DNA from: Spirochaetota bacterium
GTDB taxonomy: Bacteria; Spirochaetota; UBA4802; UBA5550
Reading direction: 5' to 3'
Length of the DNA: 41,720 nt
Assembly (NCBI GenBank): GCA_050298055.1
Contig: JBNKTL010000046.1
Span: 1 to 41,720 of the forward strand
The translations under genes were made by a program, and so were the position numbers. The notes beneath the pieces were generated by a model. That model worked only from the letters and a program-made list of their open reading frames with translations. It ran no database searches and was not told the origin of the DNA. Below are positions 9,147-17,733 of the stretch, piece by piece. Every line of letters starts with the position of its first letter. The first letter of the stretch is position 1.

Positions 9147-10712
9147 TTAATCCAGAGGTACGGGCATGCAGTAGTAATCCACGGTTTCGTCCTCAACCTC
9201 TCCCATATGCGCCTGGAGGGCCTTGCATTCTTCATGCAGCCTGTAGCTTACGCTGAAGATCCCTTTATCCATTATGGTCTTTATGCAGGCAGATGCCCCC
9301 CCCTTGGGGACCTTGCATTCTTCATCACCACCTTCCTTCCCATACATAAAGCATCTCTCTTTCTTCAACAGGTTGTTTACCCTTTCTTCCGTTAAATACG
9401 TATCCAGTTCGGAAAGCTTTTTGAGGTCCCCTGTCTTATGGTTAGTCAGCAGAAGATTCTTTGCGTTATCAGTCAGGGCGCCGCCCTGCTTCCAGTTCCC
9501 ATCGATGTTCTTTCTGCAGAGACGCGCCTTATAGAACATGTTGAGAAGGTTCCGGTCAACCCTTTCTATCTCCATGAGAAATTCCGCGTTGAGGTTGAGG
9601 GTTATCTTTTTTTCATAGAGGACCTGCCCTTTTTTCACCAGTTTCTTTTTCGGTTCCTTTGTGGCAGGGTCGATGACCGGTTTCCCCTCCGCGTCCTTTT
9701 CCACGTCATAGACGTCTTCTGATTTTTCAAGCCCAACCAGCGCCTGGAATTCCGTGTTTTCAACCCAGGGAACAACCTCTATACTGACGACCTTTCCCGT
9801 CCTCGGATTTTGCATTGCCATGAAAGCGTCCTTAATGGCCAGCTTGAACGACTGAAGGTCATAGGAGATCAGGGTGGCTTTTTCATTCTTCCCCAAGCCA
9901 TATGCCGCGGTTGTTATGGTGAGGTTTGTCCGTGTGGCTTCACTGTTGAACTGCCGTGAATCGGTCTGCTCCTGTGTATCCTCAGAGGAACTGGTGGTGG
10001 TAGTGCTGCTTGTCCACCCCCAGCTTGTGCTGCTTGAGAACCTCTTCAGGGATGTCCTGAGCCGGGACTCAAAGGAGATGTCCCGGGACTCTGTTTCCGT
10101 CTGGTAGGAAAACCTCGATATCAGCCTCGCCTTCCTTCCGATAGACCTCACATAGTAGGGCCCGCAGCTCGAGAAGAAGCCGGGAAGGTCTTTTCTCTGG
10201 AGAAGGGTCATTGCCGAATTGCTCAACTGTGATCTTCCCTCGTCAAGAGACGCGTAGTATGAATAGAGGTCTATTGTTGCATAGAGATCGTGATTATAAT
10301 ATGTCCTGTTGTTCCTCACCGAAGTGGTTGATGATCTCTGGATGTCATAGGTCTGCCTGAATGTTGACTTGCTCCCGAATCCGAAAAATGACTTTCGTTT
10401 TGACCTGCTGTATGAACTGCTCTGACTTCTCGACGTGGCCTGGGTCCTGGAGGATGACTCCTTTCCCGCAACCTCCCCCGATTCAAAATAGTATTCCATA
10501 TCGTATGAGGGTTCCGTGAGGATAACCTTTTTCAGGCACGAGGACTGAAATGTGTTTGTCCCGATTGAGTATCCCCTCCCCAGAAGCGGGGTTGTTGCAA
10601 GGTCTGTTATCCGGTTGTCCCTGATAACCGTTGGCCCCGCACTGAGCTTTATGCTGACTGCCGCAACTGTGAAAATAAATAGACAGAGTAATGATTTCGT
10701 TAATAATCTCAT
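9147..10712 (-). CDS. Secreted MACPF-like family protein, paralog 4
   Basis: Signal peptide; TPLLGRGYSIGTNTFQSSC, FFSSCGPYYVRSIGR, AYGLGKNE, EVVPWVENT, YYCMP; long Ser/Thr inserts with SFFGFG and SWGW tips. Confidence 0.7.
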   Translation of the reverse strand: MRLLTKSLLCLFIFTVAAVSIKLSAGPTVIRDNRITDLATTPLLGRGYSIGTNTFQSSCLKKVILTEPSYDMEYYFESGEVAGKESSSRTQATSRSQSSSYSRSKRKSFFGFGSKSTFRQTYDIQRSSTTSVRNNRTYYNHDLYATIDLYSYYASLDEGRSQLSNSAMTLLQRKDLPGFFSSCGPYYVRSIGRKARLISRFSYQTETESRDISFESRLRTSLKRFSSSTSWGWTSSTTTTSSSEDTQEQTDSRQFNSEATRTNLTITTAAYGLGKNEKATLISYDLQSFKLAIKDAFMAMQNPRTGKVVSIEVVPWVENTEFQALVGLEKSEDVYDVEKDAEGKPVIDPATKEPKKKLVKKGQVLYEKKITLNLNAEFLMEIERVDRNLLNMFYKARLCRKNIDGNWKQGGALTDNAKNLLLTNHKTGDLKKLSELDTYLTEERVNNLLKKERCFMYGKEGGDEECKVPKGGASACIKTIMDKGIFSVSYRLHEECKALQAHMGEVEDETVDYYCMPVPLD

Positions 10713-10849
10713 TGGTAGACCCTTTTATTAGATATCGAATAACATACAAACAAGGAACAATACTATATGTATCAGTGAATAATACTTTTATACTTCAGCA
10801 GATAAATCAAGTACTTTTTCTTTCCACATAATGATAATTCAAAATCACT

Positions 10850-13429
10850 TTATTTCTCATCTCCGTTTCTCTTTATAAATTTCCCCTCTCCCGTGAGCCT
10901 GTTTTTCCTGAATTGACCTTCGTACCTGTCGCCGTCACTCCAGGTATATACACCTTTCCCTTCTCTTTTATTGTTCTTCCATTCACCCGAGTAAACATCA
11001 CCGTTTCTCCAGTAGAGTGTCCCCCTGCCGTTCCTGTTGTCCCCGGAAAACATTCCCTCAAAAACATCCCCGTTTCTCCACCTGTAGATCCCAAAACCCT
11101 CCCTTTTGTCATTCCTCCACTCACCGGTGAAGCTGTCCCCGTTGGGCCATCTCTGTGAACCCATTCCTTCTTTTTTCCCGTTTTTAAAAAGACCGGAATA
11201 CATGGTTTTGTCAGGATGCACAATTGTCCCTTCACCTTCCGCGTGTTTTCCCCTGGTCTCACCTGTATAGACGTTGCCATTCTTTTCAATGTATGTTGTG
11301 ACTTTATGCTTTTCTCCTTTAGTATAAGAAAGAACATCCAGCTGCTCCGGAGAGAGGGTCCTGTGGACCTTGAAGTATTCGATCCATGGCTCAAGGTAAA
11401 GCCTTACAGGTACGGCCTTCTCGTCACTTCTGAAGAGTTCAATGATCCTCTCCTTGTTTTTGAAAAAATTCTTAAGGGTTTTCGGCTCAAGAAGATTTTC
11501 TCCTTCTGAAAATGACGGGATCAGTCCGGATATGCATCCGCTTCCCTGTTGTGTGCCGGCGGGGACCTGTGTGAGCTTTTCCTTCATTGGTCCCGTTTTT
11601 GACAGGGCACCGGCACCCTGTTTTTCCGGGATACCATATGGTTTTATTTCAATGTCATCGCCACTCTTATTAAAAGAAAAATAGTAAACAAATCCCCTTC
11701 TGTGCTTTACCTGGCTTACATAGTGAGTTCCGCACCTGGCGTAAAATCTGTTTATGTTTTCCTTTGCCAGTTTCTCCGCTTCCTTTGTAAGTTTAAATCC
11801 CGTTGCAAGCTTCCGCGAATAGCCCCCGATCTCCAGGAACCCGCGGTAGCGCACCCTCTCCGGTTCGGGCTTTTTCCAGAAGAGAAAAATTCTCTTCCAG
11901 AGAGGCCGCCGGATTACTTCATGGGGAGTGTAGCTGCCGATTACCCGGAAGTCTCGTGAAGAATCTGTCTCAACGGGTTTTACCGATTTTGCATCCATAC
12001 ACATTCCGGGATAGACTTTTCCGGTCATATCCATCTGCTGCCCCAGTTTAACAGGTCCCGGAACATTTTCAGTCTGCTCATGGTCTGAATACCTGTAGCC
12101 GGTATATTCCCTGTCAATTGACTCCGGGTCTGCCACAAGAAACTGTGTCAGCTGAACAGGTCTGTGGGTCTCCTTCCACATCTGCGGCATATCCCTTTCT
12201 ACCGAAACAGGCAGATTTTTGCATGAGCTGCTGCTGTCAATCATTCTGGTAAAATCGATGATAACGCTGCACTGGGGGATCTCCATGAGAGAGATTGACC
12301 TGTCATCCGAAGCTTTATTATAACACCTGTTATACTGGTCACGGTTAACCCAGTTTCTCGCCTCGATCATCTCATCGAGACAATCATAAACAAAAATCCT
12401 TTCTTTTCTGTCCCTGACCTTTTCCGCGGTCCTTTTTACCTGGTAATATTTAATGTTGAAGTTTCTCAGAGATGTTTCAAGAGCATTCAGTGACTTGAAG
12501 ATAGACTCATCCGATGATTCTGAAAGTTTAATAAAGCTTTTATCCATTCCAAATTTCTTCATCGGTCCGAACTGCTTCCAGGGCATGGTTTCATAACCTG
12601 TGATTTCTCCCTTGCCGGAATTGAGCAGTGAATGGATTGCCCTGTTGAGAAATCCGCTCACATCCTCCCCGTACTTTTTTCTCAGGGGGAACTCAGCCGG
12701 GTCGAAAAAATAATCGGTCCCCACGTCCAGTGAAAAATAGGTATCATGTGAAGAAGGGAGGTCCCGGAAAATTCCCGCCTGCAGGCTGTTCTCCGGGACT
12801 TCAGTGATCCTTTTCCTGATTATTTCTTTCACCCTGTCTTCTTCCTTCCCCGGAGCAACATAATAGGCAACAAAGAGCTTGATCCGGGAATTGTACCGGG
12901 TTGAATAGACATAATCGGTACCGCAGGCCTCAAAGAACCTGTTGATATCACCTGTTTTAATAATATCATTTACATAAGAAAGAAATTCCGCTCTTTCTTC
13001 CGATATGACCGAGTACCGGTTTTTGAGTTTAACGACAATGAGGAAGGAGACCTGTTTTTTTTTCTGAAGATTAAATTCCGCGGACCTCTTCAGACTCTCC
13101 CTGACAAAAAATTCTGTTCTCCTGTTTTTACTTTTAAAATCTTTGTGGACCCGGTGAAATTCAAAAGTAAGCTCCCCTCCCCGTGTTTCACTCTTAACAT
13201 GCGAAAGGCAGGTCTTGGGAAGGTAACCGGAACCTGTGTACTTGAGGCCGGTTCCTATAAAGTTCGCTTCATCAAAGATATAGGGGATTTTTTCAGCCGA
13301 GTGGAGTACCGGTTTCCACTTAAAGGATTTACAACCGCTTGAAACCAGCAGGAGAAACACAAATACGAGTTGCGGATATATTTTTAAGAGAATGCCGGAT
13401 ATGGTTTTTCCTGAAATCATTGCGCACAA
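10850..13429 (-). CDS. Lipoprotein with two tandem diverged MACPF-like domains and C-terminal MORN repeats (start possibly 13420)
   Basis: Lipobox LLLVSSGC. Domain 1: IGTG...KTCL...RFFEACGTDYV...ETMPW. Domain 2: LGQQM...GMCM...RFYARCGTHYV...LEPWIE. About six MORN repeats at the C-terminus. Confidence 0.7.
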   Translation of the reverse strand: MCAMISGKTISGILLKIYPQLVFVFLLLVSSGCKSFKWKPVLHSAEKIPYIFDEANFIGTGLKYTGSGYLPKTCLSHVKSETRGGELTFEFHRVHKDFKSKNRRTEFFVRESLKRSAEFNLQKKKQVSFLIVVKLKNRYSVISEERAEFLSYVNDIIKTGDINRFFEACGTDYVYSTRYNSRIKLFVAYYVAPGKEEDRVKEIIRKRITEVPENSLQAGIFRDLPSSHDTYFSLDVGTDYFFDPAEFPLRKKYGEDVSGFLNRAIHSLLNSGKGEITGYETMPWKQFGPMKKFGMDKSFIKLSESSDESIFKSLNALETSLRNFNIKYYQVKRTAEKVRDRKERIFVYDCLDEMIEARNWVNRDQYNRCYNKASDDRSISLMEIPQCSVIIDFTRMIDSSSSCKNLPVSVERDMPQMWKETHRPVQLTQFLVADPESIDREYTGYRYSDHEQTENVPGPVKLGQQMDMTGKVYPGMCMDAKSVKPVETDSSRDFRVIGSYTPHEVIRRPLWKRIFLFWKKPEPERVRYRGFLEIGGYSRKLATGFKLTKEAEKLAKENINRFYARCGTHYVSQVKHRRGFVYYFSFNKSGDDIEIKPYGIPEKQGAGALSKTGPMKEKLTQVPAGTQQGSGCISGLIPSFSEGENLLEPKTLKNFFKNKERIIELFRSDEKAVPVRLYLEPWIEYFKVHRTLSPEQLDVLSYTKGEKHKVTTYIEKNGNVYTGETRGKHAEGEGTIVHPDKTMYSGLFKNGKKEGMGSQRWPNGDSFTGEWRNDKREGFGIYRWRNGDVFEGMFSGDNRNGRGTLYWRNGDVYSGEWKNNKREGKGVYTWSDGDRYEGQFRKNRLTGEGKFIKRNGDEK
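10853..11300 (-). repeat. MORN repeat region (~6 units of 23 aa)
   Basis: Units such as NGDSFTGEWRNDKREGFGIYRWR / NGDVFEGMFSGDNRNGRGTLYWR / NGDVYSGEWKNNKREGKGVYTWS. Confidence 0.9.
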
Positions 13430-13440
13430 TTGAAAATGAT

Positions 13441-15096
13441 TTACCGTTTGATATCTTCATTCATATCTTCAAGGCTTTTGGGAGGCTCCTTATTTTCCTC
13501 TTTCATTTCCTCTTTATTTTTTTTATCCATGAGGTCTTTCAGGGAATCCGGTTTTATCTTCTCTTTGTCTTTGTCACCGGTCAGGTTGACATCCGATTTT
13601 GTACCCGTTTTCTCTTTTACGTCCGGCTCCTTTTTCTCCTTCTGGTAAACGATCTTTGACGGTTTTGGCATGCAGTACTGGTCAAGAAAGTTTGTCCCGA
13701 GCCTGTTATACTTCATTGCTTTTACACAGCTCGGGATTCTCCGGTAATCCGCTTTATCAAGCCCTGTCTCATATATTTTATTGATACAGTCAAGGGCCCC
13801 GTCATTCTTACCTTGGATACCGTAAAGAAACTCCCTGTTTTTTCTGAGAATATCGTCCGGAGGATTTTTCGCGAAGTATCTTATGAATTCATCAATGGAT
13901 ATAAAAAGGTCTTTATCGTTTTCATTTGACTGGTTGTAGAACAGGGTCCTGTCCATGTCATATTTTATGACCTTCTGTTCAATGAGTTCCGTGAGGGTGG
14001 TAAATTTTTTCTCCTTTGTTTCAAGGCCCAGCCAGCTGTCATACTTCTGCCTGCTCTCCCTGTCCACATAGTTCTCATAAAGATGCTTCCTGCACATGCC
14101 GGCCTTGTAAAACTGTTCAACCTGCTGTGTGCTTATTCGGTTTATCTCTTTAATGACCCCTGTATTTGCTTCCAGTTTCTGCTGGCGTATAAACTGTCTT
14201 TCTCCCTCCTTTACATCCTTTCCGATAAAAGAAACAAGTTCGGGATTCTCTATCCAGGGGACGATCTCGATACTGCTTATGACACCGGAATTGGGGTCCT
14301 GCATCAGCTTTACCGCGTCCTGTATTGTCTGCCTGAACTGTTCAATATCAACAGGAATGAGGTTAACCATGTTACCCTTGGAGAGGCCCACACCCTTTAT
14401 ATAAACCCTGAGCCCCCTGTACTCCGCGTCATCGGTAAACTCCTTCCCCGGCTTTCCCTTGCCCTGAAAGTTGAAGAGTCCCTTTTCAAGGTTTTTTTTA
14501 AATTCCCCATCCTTTTCATTATCATCGGACTGCCTGTACTGGAGGAGGGCCACATAGGTGGAAAAGCTCCCCACAGCCCTGACATAGTGGTGGCCGCAGC
14601 TGTTGAAAAACGCCACATACTGCTTCCTCTCCAGCAGCTGTCTCACACTTTTACTGAGCTGTGAACTGGTTTCGTCAAGGGCATAGTAGTATGATTTGAT
14701 CTCCAGGTTCACCAGGAGGTTTTGAAGATGATACGTATTCCCCCCGGCGGATTCCCGCTCCGAATAGTACTTTTTAAGGAACTGGGTCAGGTTTGCCTTA
14801 CTGAGCCTGTCCTTCCCGGAAACAGAGATGTTCTTAAAAAAGTCACTGTTGATAACCGTAAGCTCATAATCGAGATCAAAGGTGGGCTTTGTCTTTACAA
14901 TTTTTTCAAAACACATGGACTGCAGCCTGTTGCTGTATATGGAGTAGCCGCGGCCGATAGTGGGAAACCCGTTAAGGTTTTCTATCCTGTTGTCTTCGAT
15001 GACCTTTGGTGATCCTTCCAGCAAACCGGAAGAAACAGCAGCAATAAAGAGAGATATCAGCAATATGGCGAGATTTTTTTTTCTAGTTATATGCAT
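13441..15096 (-). CDS. Secreted MACPF-like family protein, divergent paralog with a charged C-terminal tail
   Basis: Signal peptide; FPTIGRGYSIYSNRLQSMC, FFNSCGHHYVRAVGS, GVGLSKG, EIVPWIENP, QYCMP; six conserved Cys; K/E-rich tail. Confidence 0.68.
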   Translation of the reverse strand: MHITRKKNLAILLISLFIAAVSSGLLEGSPKVIEDNRIENLNGFPTIGRGYSIYSNRLQSMCFEKIVKTKPTFDLDYELTVINSDFFKNISVSGKDRLSKANLTQFLKKYYSERESAGGNTYHLQNLLVNLEIKSYYYALDETSSQLSKSVRQLLERKQYVAFFNSCGHHYVRAVGSFSTYVALLQYRQSDDNEKDGEFKKNLEKGLFNFQGKGKPGKEFTDDAEYRGLRVYIKGVGLSKGNMVNLIPVDIEQFRQTIQDAVKLMQDPNSGVISSIEIVPWIENPELVSFIGKDVKEGERQFIRQQKLEANTGVIKEINRISTQQVEQFYKAGMCRKHLYENYVDRESRQKYDSWLGLETKEKKFTTLTELIEQKVIKYDMDRTLFYNQSNENDKDLFISIDEFIRYFAKNPPDDILRKNREFLYGIQGKNDGALDCINKIYETGLDKADYRRIPSCVKAMKYNRLGTNFLDQYCMPKPSKIVYQKEKKEPDVKEKTGTKSDVNLTGDKDKEKIKPDSLKDLMDKKNKEEMKEENKEPPKSLEDMNEDIKR

Positions 15097-15209
15097 ATGG
15101 TTTTAAAGCTGCAACTACCTGAATGATGAGGTAAAACTCTCCTTCCTCCCTCTCTCTTAAGCGCCCGGGAGAGGAGTGTCGGGCCGGAACAGGTTATCCA
15201 TTAATAAAA

Positions 15210-15686
15210 TCAGTTGGAAATATAAATCCCTGAACCTATCCACCAGGAGTTATTGACCTTATGAACATAGCCCAGTTTCGGTTCAATCCTCTTGGTCTTC
15301 GGGTGGAACCACTTATATTTTATCCACCCGCTTCCTTGTCTCCTGACGATTTTCACCATCTCCTGAACAATGAGCTTACCTGTGGGGTCCTTCAATTCAC
15401 TGAAGTTATTGCCAACCCACTTCGGATTGGCGCCATGAGCAATGACCCTGCACGAATAGTCGTAGCCGAATATATAGAGCTCACCGCGGTTATAAAGACC
15501 GCTCTTATCATGAAACTCTTCCACGGCCTTCTCCCTGCCGTATATTTTTATAAATGCCAGGGCTTCCTTTACAAATCCCACAAGCTCTTCTTTGGTGACT
15601 TTTTTCCCATATTTTGGATTATATCGTGCATCGCTGAAGGTTGTTGCAAAGAGAACGATCAGCAGAATAAATGTCAAACTTCTCAT
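15210..15686 (-). CDS. Stand-alone exported single Cache-domain protein
   Basis: ATG at 15686 preceded by GAAGGAG; signal peptide; GELYIFGYD...IAHGANP...KDPTGK...GSGWIKYKW.HP...PKLGY...WWIGSGIY, typical of single Cache domains. Confidence 0.85.
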   Translation of the reverse strand: MRSLTFILLIVLFATTFSDARYNPKYGKKVTKEELVGFVKEALAFIKIYGREKAVEEFHDKSGLYNRGELYIFGYDYSCRVIAHGANPKWVGNNFSELKDPTGKLIVQEMVKIVRRQGSGWIKYKWFHPKTKRIEPKLGYVHKVNNSWWIGSGIYISN

Positions 15687-15713
15687 TTTGACTCCTTCAA
15701 TAATAATTATTGA

Positions 15714-15746
15714 AACCGGCCCATGGATGGACATGATGCCGGTTTG
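15714..15746 (-). terminator. Possible terminator/hairpin downstream of the first array gene
   Basis: AAACCGGC...GCCGGTTT inverted repeat with inner CATG/CATG pairing, just after the stop of 15783..17216. Confidence 0.45.
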
Positions 15747-15782
15747 ATTTAATGAACCAATTAAAACAAAACAGAGTTTCCC

Positions 15783-17216
15783 TTATTGTTTGGGTGGTTT
15801 CTCAGGTTCCGATTTCGGTTTGGCAAGCTGGGGCATGCAGAAATTATCAATCTTCTCATTCATGACTGCTGACATCTTGCTCCGCATATCCCGGCACTCC
15901 TTTATATCACGCCAGCTAATTGTGAACATACCCGATTCAAGAAGCTTCTCAATGCACACATTTGCTCCCTTACCCTGGCCGCCACCACCGCCGCCGCCGC
16001 CGGTGCCGCCGGATGCCTTACCATACATAAACATTTCCTCATCAGTAAGCAGTTTGTCTACACTGGCATCGGAAAGCATTTTATCAAGCTCGCCAAGCTG
16101 CATGGTTTCATTGGGGAACTTGTTATTTACAAGTATAGCGGCGGTATAATTGGGATGCAGCTTGTCACCCTTATACCAGTTGGCCCTGATATCCTGCTGA
16201 CAGATCTTTGCCTTGTAGAATATATTCATGAAGTTCCTGTCTGCCCTTTCCAGTTCGGCAAGGAACTCGGCGTTTAGATTCAGAATATGCTTTTTCTTGT
16301 AAAGGAGCATGGGCTTCCCCCCGGTTGCAGGGTCCGGGACCTCCTTTTCAAGCTTGATCAATGACTGGAATTCAGTATTCTCCACCCAGGGAACAATCTC
16401 CATGGATGTGACCTTTCCTGTCATGGGGTTCTGCATTGAGATAAAGGCATCCTTGATGGCCGCTTTGAATGTTTCCAGATCGTAGGATATAAGAGTTGCG
16501 CCCTCGTTCTTCCCGAGGCCATAGGCATTTGTGGTAATTGTAAGTTTCTTATTAGATGCCTGCTGCGAAACACTGGATGATATGGCGCTCCTGGACCCGC
16601 CCTCAACTCCGAAAGCCTTTACTGACATTTCAAGGGCAGCCTCAAATGCGGCATCCTTTGTCTCCTCAACGCTTGTATAACTGAATATTGAAACGAACTT
16701 CGCGTTCCTGCCCAGGGACCTGACGTAATATGATCCGCAGCTTGAAAAGAAACCGGGAATATCGTTGTTGGTAAGGAGCATCCCCGCGGAAGAACTCATC
16801 TTGGACTTGGCCTCATCAACAGAGGCATAGTAGGTGTCCATGTTGATCTCAACATAGATATGGTGAAAAAACTCCTTTTTACCGCTGGCGTAGGTAAACT
16901 TCTGGCTCATGTCCACGGAGATCCCCATATACCCGGCACTTGCACCAGTCTCCTGGGACGTACTTGTTGCTGTTGACTTTGATGATTCAACCGATTCAAA
17001 GACATAGGTAAAATCATAAGAGGGATCGGTCACAACAATATCATCAAGGCACTTGGACTGGAAGGTGTTTGTCACAATTGTATATCCCCTTCCCAGGGTG
17101 GGAGTCATTGCTATATCGGTAATTCTCTTGTCCCTGATTATCGTCGGCCCTGCAAATACACTGGCGGCAATTACAGTAATAAGAAAAACAGATATTAGGC
17201 TGATTACTCTTTTCAT
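15783..17216 (-). CDS. Secreted MACPF-like family protein, first gene of the array
   Basis: Signal peptide (ASVFA|GPT); TPTLGRGYTIVTNTFQSKC, FFSSCGSYYVRSLGR, AYGLGKNE, EIVPWVENT, NFCMP; poly-Gly loop. Confidence 0.7.
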   Translation of the reverse strand: MKRVISLISVFLITVIAASVFAGPTIIRDKRITDIAMTPTLGRGYTIVTNTFQSKCLDDIVVTDPSYDFTYVFESVESSKSTATSTSQETGASAGYMGISVDMSQKFTYASGKKEFFHHIYVEINMDTYYASVDEAKSKMSSSAGMLLTNNDIPGFFSSCGSYYVRSLGRNAKFVSIFSYTSVEETKDAAFEAALEMSVKAFGVEGGSRSAISSSVSQQASNKKLTITTNAYGLGKNEGATLISYDLETFKAAIKDAFISMQNPMTGKVTSMEIVPWVENTEFQSLIKLEKEVPDPATGGKPMLLYKKKHILNLNAEFLAELERADRNFMNIFYKAKICQQDIRANWYKGDKLHPNYTAAILVNNKFPNETMQLGELDKMLSDASVDKLLTDEEMFMYGKASGGTGGGGGGGGQGKGANVCIEKLLESGMFTISWRDIKECRDMRSKMSAVMNEKIDNFCMPQLAKPKSEPEKPPKQ

Positions 17217-17263
17217 GATCCCTCGCTCACTTCATGATATCACTTAATATTAATCAAAAATAA

Positions 17264-17395
17264 TTGCCACTATAGCTGAAATATACATATTTGATCAAAT
17301 ATCATCAATGTGTCCCCGCCGCCTTCAGCGGCGGATACACATCAGTTTTCTTATATTCAATAACATGTCTATTTTATACATAGCTGATTAGTAAC
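17264..17395. repeat. MITE/REP-like element, copy 2 (degenerate)
   Basis: Palindrome ATGTGTCCCCGCCGC-CTTCA-GCGGCGGATACACAT (17308-17342). The right end TATTTTATACATAGCTGATTAGTAAC is an inverted near-match of copy 1's left end, with 17 nt (CAGCTATGTATAAAATA) exact. Confidence 0.6.
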
Positions 17396-17413
17396 AAAAA
17401 ATAATTGTATGCA

Positions 17414-17442
17414 ATTTAATATTGAATTATTGATTATATCAA
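17414..17442 (-). promoter_or_regulatory. Candidate sigma70 promoter for the paralog array
   Basis: Minus strand TTGATA-N17-TTAAAT about 200 nt upstream of 17216. The AT-rich context weakens it. Confidence 0.35.
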
Positions 17443-17733
17443 GCATTTTTTAGGAATATCTTTTATTTAACAGGAAAGATTAAAAATCGAGTCTGGTTTC
17501 ATCGGTACATTTCCAGATTCTTTATCCCATCTTCATCATGTAAATCCTGTCCCGGGCTTTCGGAAAGAGTTTCTCTTTTAAAGCTGAATAGTAACCATAA
17601 TTGTTGATTTTTTGACAAAAAAAATTATTTTTAACCACAGGGCTGAGTTGTTACAAAAAATCCTTGAATAAAACCTTTGCTTTAAATAGGTAGATACACG
17701 GATATTTAACCAATAGATAAAAGGGAAAATAAA

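Noticed and set aside
4373..17216. DGR, CRISPR or phase-variation cassette explanation for the repeated DNA blocks (e.g. ACCCAGGGAACAAC)
   Set aside because: The repeats are conserved coding motifs in intact paralogs. I saw no reverse transcriptase, recombinase, regular spacer array or adenine-specific variation.
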